A stretch of 34,899 nucleotides of DNA from Bacteriovoracaceae bacterium (GCA_041586955.1 JBFGZE010000020.1:1-34899), one strand, 5' to 3'. Positions 1-9,675 are shown, numbered from the stretch's first letter. Program-made: numbers and translations. Notes: generated by a model from the sequence alone, not told the origin.

Positions 1-246
1 AATGAGAGATAATTTTATCTTATTGCAATAATTATCAAAGAAATTATTATTAGCTTTAATCAGACAAACTCCTTTTACCCCTTTAAATCTTTTTTTGGGG
101 TAAATCTTGATGGTTCTTTCAGCAGAGAGCTGAGCATCATGATTAAAGCTATCTGAGGTGCCCGAGGTCCCATTTCCGTTTTGCCATAAGGAACATGAAA
201 CGATTAAGATCGGGAGGCAATATGTTAAGAAAGTGTAAATTTTCAT
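1..246 (-). CDS. Putative lipoprotein, 3' end runs off the window
   Basis: Not in the ORF track; translated by hand. ATG at 246 overlaps the upstream stop (ATGA) and follows a GAGGGG SD. Open to the window edge: MKIYTFLTYCLPILIVSCSLWQNG... with a lipobox-like IVSC. Confidence 0.7.
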   Translation of the reverse strand, partial: MKIYTFLTYCLPILIVSCSLWQNGNGTSGTSDSFNHDAQLSAERTIKIYPKKRFKGVKGVCLIKANNNFFDNYCNKIKLSLI

Positions 247-1442
247 TCTTCCCCTCTTTGCTGGCCGATGGCCAATTTTTCGATCATTTCAATCTTTATG
301 GTTGCCAGTGAAACCATTTTAACCCAAATGGGAGTGAGTACAATACTAAAAAAGATTATATATATTGTGAGCTGATACGAATATTCATTAATGACATTTT
401 GCTGTAATCCTATGGCGGCCAGAATAAAACTAAACTCTCCCACTTGGGAGAGGTAACTTGAGGCCAACAAAGACTCCCCCCAAGTGCGACCAAGTATTTT
501 TAAAACAAATGCGTTAATAACAGTATTTATGACGAGGGCCAACAAAGTTAAAGATAAGATAATAATGTAATGAGATCTAAAAAAAGCAATATCAAGGAGC
601 AGTCCAATGGATGAAAAAAAAATGGCGGTCATCACAATTTGAAAAGGCAATAATGATGTATGAAAAATTTCCCCAAGCTTCAATTGGGTAATGATCCCCC
701 CTGCGATAAAGGCGCCCAAAGCGGTGGACAATTCCGCCATTCCACTGAGTAATGCAAGTCCAAAAGAAAATGAAAGACAGAATAAGAGAATAATTTCTCG
801 ATCTTTTCTTATATTATGGGTCATAGGTAATTTAAAATGGCCCATTTTAGTTGACCCCCAAATCAAAAGGCCCAGGCCAAGCATACCACAAACCTGTTTA
901 CTTATTTGAATACTGTCCAATTTATCATGACCCATAAAACTGATAATAATAAGCATTGGGACAACGAAAATATCCTGAGAGATAAGTATGGCCATAGCAT
1001 CGCGGCCAACTCTCGTTTTGGAAATTCCTTTATCTTTTAATAATTTGATAACCATCGCACTGCTACTTAAGCTGATCACAAACCCCAAAAGTATCGAACG
1101 GGATATTGGCCAATCCAAGTATTGACCCACGCCCAGAACACAAATAACACTAAGAAAGATCTGTAAAAGTGTCCCAAGAATGGTAATTTTCCATTCCCTC
1201 ATGAGGTCTTGTAACGAAAGCTCCATACCAACAAAAAATAATAACAGCACTACCCCAGCTGCACCGAGGTGATTGATGATAGATGTTTTTGTTACGATTG
1301 ATAGGACTTCCGGGCCGACAATGACTCCAGCCATCAAAAACCCGATCGCGCTGGGAATACGCAATAATATAGATGTCGCACCGAGAGCTAACATGATCAA
1401 AAGAACGAGAGACACCTCTTGAAAATAAGGATCTAAATGCAT
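243..1442 (-). CDS. CPA2-family monovalent cation:H+ antiporter (KefC-like membrane domain only, no RCK/KTN domain)
   Basis: About 12-13 hydrophobic segments and CPA2 motifs GVVLLLFFVGMEL, SLSSSAMV, LISQD, LGAFIAG, SQVGEFSFIL. Start moved to ATG 1442 (AAAGGTG SD). Confidence 0.9.
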   Translation of the reverse strand: MHLDPYFQEVSLVLLIMLALGATSILLRIPSAIGFLMAGVIVGPEVLSIVTKTSIINHLGAAGVVLLLFFVGMELSLQDLMREWKITILGTLLQIFLSVICVLGVGQYLDWPISRSILLGFVISLSSSAMVIKLLKDKGISKTRVGRDAMAILISQDIFVVPMLIIISFMGHDKLDSIQISKQVCGMLGLGLLIWGSTKMGHFKLPMTHNIRKDREIILLFCLSFSFGLALLSGMAELSTALGAFIAGGIITQLKLGEIFHTSLLPFQIVMTAIFFSSIGLLLDIAFFRSHYIIILSLTLLALVINTVINAFVLKILGRTWGESLLASSYLSQVGEFSFILAAIGLQQNVINEYSYQLTIYIIFFSIVLTPIWVKMVSLATIKIEMIEKLAIGQQRGEE

Positions 1443-1725
1443 TTTACACCTTTCATTTTTGTCCGATTGGCCTGTCGTTTGCAATCATTCCTTAAATTAA
1501 ATGAGCTAGAACATGAACAAATGAACCATGGAGAACTTGCATAGTACACCGGGTTTTGGAAATAAATCAAGATGGATAAGGGGCGAAATTAAGGATATGT
1601 AACTAACCGTCGCTCACAGAAAAATCGCCAAAAATAACGCTACCTGCCTTTTGCCCTATTATCTAAATGGGTCATATTAACCATTTATCATGTGCCTGAA
1701 AACGATTCTCTTTCTAGGAAAAGTT

Positions 1726-4116
1726 ATGATCAAATTTATCCTTCCGCTAATCTTAATACTGAGTATTTGTCATTCCTTTGCAAACTTATCCTCAATTGAG
1801 CTAGAGAGCAAACAAAAGACCTTAATAGGAATTAATACGGAAATCGTCGTTATAAATACCTATATCAATCAATTGAAAAGTAGAGAGGACCGTATTTTTG
1901 AGTTTAAAATTAAATTTAGCGATTTAATTACATCGTTTACCACGAACAGTATGAGTAAAATTGCATTTAAAAAAAACCGCAAAGAGCTTGAAGGCCTAGA
2001 AGTTGAGACGAACGTGTGGTTTGAAGAGGCGGGAATAAAATACGAAAAAATGAAGGATTTGCTCTCTGTCCTTGAACAATTAACAATTTCCTATAAAGAA
2101 GCCGCGGCCAAAGCTCTTACGACTCAACAAGATATCCTCAATGAAATGATCGCAGAGTCCGAAGCCTATAAGGCCCGGCTTCTTATTTTATTAAAGAAAA
2201 TTGAAGATCATTTAGCATTTTTGAAAAAATTCCGTGCTGATACGGACCAATGGAAGAACTTTCTTATCACTAAAATAAGCAAAGGCCTCGATGTCAACCT
2301 CATCAAATGGTCTCTTAATCCAGTATTTCTTCAACCAATTGAATCTTCTCAAGGCCTTATAAGGGAGATACGAGGCCCTATTAAAGAAGCTCAATCCTTT
2401 GAGTTTTTACCCTTTATCCAGCAAAACAAAGGAGTGATCTTATATCGTTTTTTTCTCGTCGCTATATTGGTGGCCATAACTTCTTATCTCAGTCAGTTTT
2501 TTAAAAAATGGATTCTAAGTAGGGAGGCAAAGTTATTGGACCCCTCCGTTTCCTCAATTTTGGCCATTTGTGTAAAAAAACGCTATTTCTTAGTCTTATT
2601 TCCATTTTTGATTTTGGTTCCAAGCGAAATACCATATGGCCCCTACCAAGGTTATCCTGTGGTTTTAGGATATTGCCTCGCGATTTTTCTCTTTACATTT
2701 TTGTGGTGGGGGCTTGCGTACCCATTAATCAACTTCTTTACCAAGGAACTTAATAAGACTATTAAAAATAAAATATCCTTTGAACCAATCTCAATGATGA
2801 TTTTTATCATCACGAAAACTGGCCAAAATTTCTTTGAGCTTGATAACGGTCTTATTTATTTTATCAATAGTATCTTATTGGCCATCATCAGTTATCGTTT
2901 CTTTAAGTTATGCTTTCATTTTAAAATTAATGAGCAAAAATACCTCCATAAGGAGTTCGTGATTTCCCTGAGGTCCGGAAAATGGGTAATGATATTTTTT
3001 GCCGTCGCATTTTTTGCTTCATCAATTTTAGAAATAATTGGTTTTACTTATCTGGGTGATACCATTCAAACAGTTCTCGTTGAAAATATATCTTACTTTG
3101 GACTGGGTTGGATCACGTATCAAATTTTAAATTACCTCGTGATTCGAAAAGAGAATAAAATTTCCCAACAGGAAAAAAGAAAGCTTGAATTTATTTCTTT
3201 GGCCCGAAATGCTCTTAATATGAGCTTTGTCCTGGCAATTATTTTGATTGTGGTCAAATCATGGCATAGCACAATATATATCTTTGCTGACTTTTGGGAG
3301 ATAACATTATTATCGCTAGGTGAATATCGACTCACTATCGATAAACCTCTCAAATTGATAATTAGTTATTATATCATCCATTTCATCTATATTTTTATTT
3401 TGTTCTCTTTGGAATCAGCTCTTTTGCGTAAATATAATATTTCAAAAAAGTATGCGCCAAATATTGCCGCTATTCTGCGATACACTCTAATGATTATTTA
3501 TATTGGTATTGGGGCGGCCATTCTGGGTGCGACCTATAAAAATCTTATCATTTTTGCCAGTGCACTAGGCGTGGGGATTGGCTTTGGTTTACAAAATATT
3601 GTCAGTAATTTTATTTCCGGAGTAATTTTACTTTTTGAACGGCCAATACGTGTTGGCGATATTATTGAAGTAAATGGTTTTTTTTCTAAAGTCAAGAATA
3701 TCGGGATTAGGAGCACAATAGTTGAATCACTGGAAAACTCCTCCGTTGTCATCCCTAATTCAGAAATATTATCCAATAAAGTAATTAATTGGACTTTAAA
3801 TGGCAATATCATCGCAATCAAATGTCGTGTTGGTGTGGCCTATGGTACCGATACAAATCTTGTCTCAAAGATACTGGAGGAAGTTGCTGACCAAAATATC
3901 GACGTTCTCGATTTACCAGGATACCAGGTATGGTTTAATGAATTTGGTGATAGTAGCTTAAACTTTGTCCTCAAAGTGTGGATCAACAGGCCTTCTGACA
4001 AATTTATGATTCATAGTGATTTAATGCATAAGGTGAACGAAAAGCTAAAGGAACATAATGTGACGATCCCCTTTCCACAAAGAGATGTCCATTTGTATAA
4101 AAAGGAGGAGGAATGA
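1726..4116 (+). CDS. Large MscS-family mechanosensitive channel (MscK-like architecture)
   Basis: Signal peptide, coiled-coil periplasmic region, multiple TMs, and C-terminal MscS signature ALGVGIGFGLQNIVSNFISG...FERPIRVGD...FGDSSLNF...IPFPQRD. ATG 1726 preferred (AGGA SD). Confidence 0.92.
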   Translation: MIKFILPLILILSICHSFANLSSIELESKQKTLIGINTEIVVINTYINQLKSREDRIFEFKIKFSDLITSFTTNSMSKIAFKKNRKELEGLEVETNVWFEEAGIKYEKMKDLLSVLEQLTISYKEAAAKALTTQQDILNEMIAESEAYKARLLILLKKIEDHLAFLKKFRADTDQWKNFLITKISKGLDVNLIKWSLNPVFLQPIESSQGLIREIRGPIKEAQSFEFLPFIQQNKGVILYRFFLVAILVAITSYLSQFFKKWILSREAKLLDPSVSSILAICVKKRYFLVLFPFLILVPSEIPYGPYQGYPVVLGYCLAIFLFTFLWWGLAYPLINFFTKELNKTIKNKISFEPISMMIFIITKTGQNFFELDNGLIYFINSILLAIISYRFFKLCFHFKINEQKYLHKEFVISLRSGKWVMIFFAVAFFASSILEIIGFTYLGDTIQTVLVENISYFGLGWITYQILNYLVIRKENKISQQEKRKLEFISLARNALNMSFVLAIILIVVKSWHSTIYIFADFWEITLLSLGEYRLTIDKPLKLIISYYIIHFIYIFILFSLESALLRKYNISKKYAPNIAAILRYTLMIIYIGIGAAILGATYKNLIIFASALGVGIGFGLQNIVSNFISGVILLFERPIRVGDIIEVNGFFSKVKNIGIRSTIVESLENSSVVIPNSEILSNKVINWTLNGNIIAIKCRVGVAYGTDTNLVSKILEEVADQNIDVLDLPGYQVWFNEFGDSSLNFVLKVWINRPSDKFMIHSDLMHKVNEKLKEHNVTIPFPQRDVHLYKKEEE

Positions 4117-4139
4117 GTACCTTATTAACTTTGTATCAT

Positions 4140-5159
4140 TTACTTTTTATCTTGTTCCACTATTCCACGCAATAACCGCCCAAGTATATCTGCTCCTGTA
4201 ATAACCTTTCTTATATTATCGCTCCATAAAAGCACGATGTCGTGTTTAATCACGTCATCCTCAGCATCTGTGCCATAAACCTTAAACTGGTAAATGACAT
4301 CTGCCATTTTTGTATTTATATCTTTAAAAATTATGGGGCGATGACAATATTGATAGGGTTCCTTTAATAAACCAGAATAAAAGGCCTTTATATAGCCGTC
4401 AGTATCTATAACTAAAACAGGTTCATTTTCTTCATTCAAAAAAATCCCCCATTTGACCGGACATAGACTTAATTTTTTTATAATGTTTGCAAATTCAGTA
4501 CTTTTAAGTGGAGGAAATTCCGGAAGATCTAGTTTCAACGGCAATTGGAAAATACTGTCTGGATGAACTGCTTCACCTTCCTCGGTTATTGATAAGTCAT
4601 CCATTTTGAGGAAATTAAGCGCCCCCATTCCCTCAAATTTTTCAATTTCCGTTTCCGATGAGTTTATATGTTTACGTAGTAGTACTTTAAGAGTTTCCTC
4701 AGAAAAAAAGTGTAGCCCTTCTGGCCCTAACCACCTGTCTAAAATCATTCCGGAAGGCCTCGCTAGTGGGTAAAATAATAATTGGAATAATTTAACCAGT
4801 GGAGTTAAGGCGCTGCCAACTTTTAAAGCATTACGAGAAAACCATGCTTGAGGAAAAATTTCACCAAAGAATGTAATCACAAATGTCGTAAAAAAAAAAG
4901 CGTTGACACCAGACATAACAGATTCTGTCAGCAAGGCCAATAATGTGTTAACTGAAACATTTCCCCAAAGAAGAGTCGTTAAAAGAAAACTCGAGTCTTG
5001 TCGCAATTTCAACACATTTTGAGCGGCGATATTGCCGGCGCCAGCTTCACTTTCAAGGCGAAGCTTTCCTAGCCCAAACAGGCTTAATGTGAGTCCTGAA
5101 AAAATCCCTGACAGGACGACACAAACGGCTATAATTATCCAAACATATTTCTCGTAGAT
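4140..5159 (-). CDS. DUF21/CNNM (CorB-like) membrane protein, probable metal (Mg2+) transport; likely non-AUG start
   Basis: LLTTLLWGNVSVN and FGEIFPQ DUF21 motifs. The frame stays open upstream of the tracked GTG (5015) and encodes the first TM (WIIIAVCVVLSGIFSGLTLSLFGL). ATC at 5159 follows AAGGAA. Start position is less certain than the family call. Confidence 0.85.
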   Translation of the reverse strand: MYEKYVWIIIAVCVVLSGIFSGLTLSLFGLGKLRLESEAGAGNIAAQNVLKLRQDSSFLLTTLLWGNVSVNTLLALLTESVMSGVNAFFFTTFVITFFGEIFPQAWFSRNALKVGSALTPLVKLFQLLFYPLARPSGMILDRWLGPEGLHFFSEETLKVLLRKHINSSETEIEKFEGMGALNFLKMDDLSITEEGEAVHPDSIFQLPLKLDLPEFPPLKSTEFANIIKKLSLCPVKWGIFLNEENEPVLVIDTDGYIKAFYSGLLKEPYQYCHRPIIFKDINTKMADVIYQFKVYGTDAEDDVIKHDIVLLWSDNIRKVITGADILGRLLRGIVEQDKK

Positions 5160-5179
5160 GGTTATTTCCTTTTTTTATA

Positions 5180-6079
5180 TTAAATCTTTTTAGTTATTAA
5201 AATAGAGGACGGTGTATTTCTAATAATAAACTCACAAAAGCTTCCAAAGTATAATCTTTCAAATCCTCGCCTGCCACTTGAACCCATGATAATCAAATCT
5301 GAGTTCAAATTTATTATTTCATTTAATAAACTATCTTTTTTTTTAAGATTGGCGCCTGCTTTAATTAGTATTTTTTTGATTACTTTTCTATTGATCAGTC
5401 GATCAAATTGTTTTTTTAGATTGATGTATTCAGGTGTATTCAATTCCAGATCAACAAATTCTAATTCATTAATAACATTATTATCGCCGAGTTTAATTTC
5501 ATTTTTATCTGCAATATGAATAGGAATCAATTCCGAGTTAAAAGTTTCTGCCAAAATTTCCGCAAAACAACAGGCATCCTCGGAAAGTCCCTGAAAATCG
5601 AAAGGAAGTGTAATGGTTTTAGGCGTTAGGGACCTCTGGTCTTTAACCAACAGAACAGGAATACCAACGTAACGAATCAATTTTTCGGACATTTTTCCTA
5701 AAAAATTGAAAGCTGTATCTCTCAGGTCATTTGTCCCAATGATAACCATTTTTCCATTGTATTTCTCTATGACTTCATCTAGCTCTTTGGCATTATCACT
5801 ATAAAACACCAGACCTTCAACATCGACATTATCGCCAATCAATTGCTTTTTTTCATTAATTTTTTCCAATAATGAATCTTCAAGCATCGTATGAAGCTCA
5901 GAAATCCGAAGTTCATATTCCGGAAAAATGGAAATCAATTGGCCAAGTGTCTCCTTTCGATGAAAATGGATCAAAAGAAGTCGACAACCTAGTTTTTCGG
6001 CCCAAGTTGCACCAGTACGAATCGCCAAACTTGAAAAATTGGTTAAGTCAGAGGGAACAATAATTGTACTTTTTCCCAT
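5180..6079 (-). CDS. Tandem-domain universal stress protein
   Basis: Two USP domains (IIVPSD...LLLIH; ITLPFDF...DLIIMGSSGRRGFERLYFGS, a G-2x-G-9x-GS motif). ATG 6079. Confidence 0.88.
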   Translation of the reverse strand: MGKSTIIVPSDLTNFSSLAIRTGATWAEKLGCRLLLIHFHRKETLGQLISIFPEYELRISELHTMLEDSLLEKINEKKQLIGDNVDVEGLVFYSDNAKELDEVIEKYNGKMVIIGTNDLRDTAFNFLGKMSEKLIRYVGIPVLLVKDQRSLTPKTITLPFDFQGLSEDACCFAEILAETFNSELIPIHIADKNEIKLGDNNVINELEFVDLELNTPEYINLKKQFDRLINRKVIKKILIKAGANLKKKDSLLNEIINLNSDLIIMGSSGRRGFERLYFGSFCEFIIRNTPSSILITKKI

Positions 6080-6111
6080 AAACAAACCTTTTTATAAAAA
6101 AAAAGTTAATT

Positions 6112-8361
6112 TTAACTCTTTGACTGCGCCGAAATAAAAAGTAGCGGTACATCACAAGCTGTTAACACTGACTCTGTAACACTACCTAGCCTTACGAAAT
6201 CCTTCCTTTCCAGCCCCCCTCTTCCATGGGACACCATCGCAATTAAGTCAAAATTTTCATTATTGGCATAATGAAGAATTGTTCTACTGGGACCAGATCC
6301 GTCTACAAGGCAACTCACCTTTAGATGTTCATCAAAATATTTCTCCTTGATTCCTTTAAGATATTTCAACAAATTAGCATTGATTTTTGAATCACCTTGA
6401 ATCTCAGGTACACTTAATAAAGTTACATTGGATTCATATTCACTAGACCAGGCAGCGGCGTATGGTAAGACCTGTTCACTAATCTCTGAGCCATCAAGGG
6501 GAATTAAAATATTTCGAAAGGTTGTTGTCCTGGAACGCCAATTTATAGTGGGCCTAAAAAATAAAATGGGTGGTGTTGTGGCGTACACAATTTTAAAAGG
6601 AAGTGGCTCCCTCAAAATTCTTTCCGGCGAATCCATTTTAGATGAGGCCATACAAATTAAATCAAATCCACCATTAACACAGAGGTTTAAAAGTTCAATA
6701 GTTTTATCTCCCTCAAGTAATAAAGGGCTAATTGAAAAAGTCTCACTGGACCATTGGTCCTTAAGATTTTCCAAGTACATTTTAGGTTCCACTAATTTTT
6801 GTAATTCAGGGTCCTCAATATAAACCGGATACAACTCAGAACCAAATTTTGTTGAAATCCTCAATGCAGCATGGAATGCGACTTCCGGTTCAGTGGCGCC
6901 ATTTAAGGGGATGAGAATCTTATCGATTCTATAATTAATAATATTACGCGATTCTATAACGTCTAATGGAGAACCACTTATTACCGCAGATAAACGTTTC
7001 TCGATAAACACAGGAGGGGCACCTAAACGCCGTCTATAATAATCAAAAGCAACATATAATAGAGGAACTAATAAAAAATAACTCCATGCACCCTCAAAAA
7101 ACCTTTCCTTAAAAATAATAATGGTTGCTAATGTTGCACAAACAGAAGAAAAGATTGTAACCCAAACTCCTACAAAATTTTCAATGTTTTTTTCTTTTAA
7201 AAAGTATCTAAAAAAGCGTTTACACGCAGACCAACCTGTCATAGAGAGAAGGATAAATACTCCGGCGGCATATAGTGCCAAATATGTTTCCTCATGCGTT
7301 CCAAAAAAGATAAAGGAAATAATGACAATAAAAACTTGGGCCCAGGAGGGTATGCCCGGGACATCAAATTTATTGCGAGTTCCCCATTTGGCAGGAATAT
7401 AATGGCGCGCCCTCAATCCGAGGGCCAAATTCTGGATCCCCTGGGTGCTTGCAGCCGCGGCAGATAAGAGCACCGCGACTCCGATTAATGTCCCCGCGTA
7501 AGAAAGCCAAACAGGTAATAAATGATCCATCGTCTGAGTAAATACTGATTTACTGGTGTCGAGAGGATTGGCGTTTTCAAAAATGGCCGGGCCAACAACA
7601 ATCATGGTCATCACAGTTGTCCCCATGACAATTAGCATACTACCAAATGCCCGCTGACTTTTCTGGCGAATACTTCCCTCATAGGATGCGACAAGATTGG
7701 CAAAAATTTCTATTCCTGTCATAAGCGCCAAAATCCTGGCAAAACCGCCGAGTGTAATTTTAAAGTGGTTAGCATCAAAAGCACGGAGGTCTATACGCGG
7801 TAAATGAAGACCCTTTTGCCATATCACTGAAAATATCATGACCCATAAAAAAATGAGGATCAGGCCCGTCGCTGGCCCAAAAAATTGACTTGTCATTTTT
7901 GGACCACGATTCACCGTATAGGCCACGAACATAGACAATCCAATGGCGACAATTGTTCGCAGGTCAACAAACCCAATATTTGAACTTAAGGCAGGGATTC
8001 TATCGGCAATAAAGGTAACTAAGGCGGCCATACTCACAAGAAATGTGAGAGTGTATTCGATTACTGTAATGGCGGCATTGACCTTTACCGCCCAGCTGCC
8101 AAACTCCTCCTCACTCAAACCGCTTCCGCCACTACCATCAGTGACCCATTTCATGACATAACGATACATAATCGCCACAGATGCGACGGTAAACACTGCT
8201 AACCATATTGAGGCACCAAAGGTAATATTGGCCACTCCTGCCGATACAATTAACGCTAGAAATGGTCCGAAGACATAGAGGGGCGATGTGGCGGGGTCAC
8301 CTCCACCTGCGAGGGCTCCTTGAAGTGAGTTTTTTAGCTTATAAGAAACTGTTGCGCCCAT
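6112..8361 (-). CDS. APC-superfamily transporter fused to two C-terminal USP domains
   Basis: About 12 TMs with GGDPATSPLY, DGSGGSG and ALMTGIEIFAN motifs resembling YdaO/KimA-type APC permeases, then two USP domains (KILIPLNG; ILIPLDGS...MVSHGRGG...LGSVTE). ATG 8361 with AAAGGTG SD. Confidence 0.85.
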   Translation of the reverse strand: MGATVSYKLKNSLQGALAGGGDPATSPLYVFGPFLALIVSAGVANITFGASIWLAVFTVASVAIMYRYVMKWVTDGSGGSGLSEEEFGSWAVKVNAAITVIEYTLTFLVSMAALVTFIADRIPALSSNIGFVDLRTIVAIGLSMFVAYTVNRGPKMTSQFFGPATGLILIFLWVMIFSVIWQKGLHLPRIDLRAFDANHFKITLGGFARILALMTGIEIFANLVASYEGSIRQKSQRAFGSMLIVMGTTVMTMIVVGPAIFENANPLDTSKSVFTQTMDHLLPVWLSYAGTLIGVAVLLSAAAASTQGIQNLALGLRARHYIPAKWGTRNKFDVPGIPSWAQVFIVIISFIFFGTHEETYLALYAAGVFILLSMTGWSACKRFFRYFLKEKNIENFVGVWVTIFSSVCATLATIIIFKERFFEGAWSYFLLVPLLYVAFDYYRRRLGAPPVFIEKRLSAVISGSPLDVIESRNIINYRIDKILIPLNGATEPEVAFHAALRISTKFGSELYPVYIEDPELQKLVEPKMYLENLKDQWSSETFSISPLLLEGDKTIELLNLCVNGGFDLICMASSKMDSPERILREPLPFKIVYATTPPILFFRPTINWRSRTTTFRNILIPLDGSEISEQVLPYAAAWSSEYESNVTLLSVPEIQGDSKINANLLKYLKGIKEKYFDEHLKVSCLVDGSGPSRTILHYANNENFDLIAMVSHGRGGLERKDFVRLGSVTESVLTACDVPLLFISAQSKS

Positions 8362-8625
8362 AATCAAGCACCTTTGTACTTATCGTTTTTAACCTGCTCA
8401 CCAATTCTATTGATCTCTTTGTATCGAGAACAAAGATCCAATAATAAAAGAGCATAATATTAGTATTACGCCAAAGTAAACAAGACGTATTGAGTCAGAA
8501 TTCGAGGGCCAGAAAGTCGTTTTTTGCTCATTCTTAGTAAAGGAACCGAGAGGTCACGATTAGCCCACTCAGGGGACAATGCTATTTTTGATGCTTATTG
8601 AATCTTACAGATCTAAAAATGGAAC

Positions 8626-9333
8626 TCACAAATTTCCACTTTCTGCTTCGGTTTTTATGGGAATAGCATTCATCGTGGACATAAATTTCCGATAAAAGTC
8701 CGTTTCGCGTAACTGATTGGCCTCAATTCGTTTTTCCATGGCACCAATAAACTTCACTGGCCATTTCTTCTGAATAATATTACTAATCCACATCGGAATC
8801 ACACCCCCCATATCGCCAATAAACTTGAAATCGACAATAGTCTTTCCTCCCTTGGGAGTAAGTGCAACTTCTAGATAGCGAACCCCAGCGCGCACATAAT
8901 TTTTATTAACTCGATCATCACCTTCAAAGTCCCGCGCCCAAAAGGTAACCTTTCCGGCCTGCTTTCTCACACCACCGATTAAAAGCATTTGCCGGTCATA
9001 AAAAGGCCAGGGAGTATGATAATACTCACTAAAGATATGCCCCTTCCCCTTGATGGATTCATAAAGTTCCACTTTTTTTAATTTTGGAATCCATTTGCTT
9101 TTTTCTTCCCAATCAATAAGCAGGCGAACAAAGCTATCTAGCGGATAAGAGCATAACTTCACCGCTCGAAAAGGGATAACTCCTTTTTCCTGGGCCGGTA
9201 ATTGATAAAGCTTAATCCCCTCTATTTCTTCAATGAATTGCCAGTTCTTGGCCAATTCGAACCCATTTGAATGAGCGGAGGAAGAAGAAATTAAAAATGT
9301 GATTAAAACTGTTAAAAGTGAAAATCTCGCCAT
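8626..9333 (-). CDS. Exported START/SRPBCC lipid-binding domain protein
   Basis: Signal peptide; START-like motifs GIKLY, KWIP, TPWPFYDR, DMGGVIPMWISN. Confidence 0.75.
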   Translation of the reverse strand: MARFSLLTVLITFLISSSSAHSNGFELAKNWQFIEEIEGIKLYQLPAQEKGVIPFRAVKLCSYPLDSFVRLLIDWEEKSKWIPKLKKVELYESIKGKGHIFSEYYHTPWPFYDRQMLLIGGVRKQAGKVTFWARDFEGDDRVNKNYVRAGVRYLEVALTPKGGKTIVDFKFIGDMGGVIPMWISNIIQKKWPVKFIGAMEKRIEANQLRETDFYRKFMSTMNAIPIKTEAESGNL

Positions 9334-9368
9334 GAAAAAGTCCTTAATTTTTTTTATTCACGCTGAAT

Positions 9369-9420
9369 CAAAAACTCCCTGCAAAGAACGTTGTGTCCAT
9401 TAACAGGGAGTCATTTTTTT
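9369..9420 (-). terminator. Probable intrinsic terminator of the histone gene, with an unusually long loop
   Basis: 8-bp inverted repeat ACTCCCTG (9374-9381) / CAGGGAGT (9404-9411) with a 22-nt loop. Followed by a T-run on the minus strand and also by a T-run on the plus strand. Confidence 0.65.
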
Positions 9421-9438
9421 AATATTACATTTTCTGTT

Positions 9439-9675
9439 TTAAAAATCTGAAGGGCGAACCGTCTTGCGGCCATTGGCGATACAACGCTCACGTGCCTTTT
9501 CGACTAATTCATGAACAGCTTCATTAAACGCCACGAGAGCATCACCTGAAACATTTAAAGTATTCTTACCTGAACCCTTTAACGCATCTTTTGTTTTAGA
9601 GCCGACCAAAAGCATTTCTACTGATTTTTTTGTAGATTTTTTAGCTATTTTTTTTGTCGCTTTTTTCTTTGCCAT
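9439..9675 (-). CDS. Bacterial histone-fold protein (Bd0055-like singlet) with Lys-rich N-terminal tail
   Basis: 78 aa from ATG 9675 (AAGGAG SD). The core MLLVGSKTK...NVSGDA...LVEKARERCIANGRKTVRPSDF has the histone-fold RKTVxxxD loop2/alpha3 signature and resembles Bdellovibrio Bd0055 (LVVTSKVK...GRKTVMARD, from recall). Confidence 0.88.
   Translation of the reverse strand: MAKKKATKKIAKKSTKKSVEMLLVGSKTKDALKGSGKNTLNVSGDALVAFNEAVHELVEKARERCIANGRKTVRPSDF

Noticed and set aside
8407..8550. Short hydrophobic reading frame on the minus strand (…RLVYFGVILILCSFIIGSLFS…), KdpF-like idea
   Set aside because: No in-frame start codon or SD upstream of the hydrophobic stretch.
8362..8625. Possible c-di-AMP (ydaO) riboswitch upstream of the KimA-like transporter
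   Set aside because: The conserved ydaO elements (GCUGAAUC, GGGG, CAGCUAAC-like segments) are not visible; only a weak imperfect hairpin near 8408-8443.
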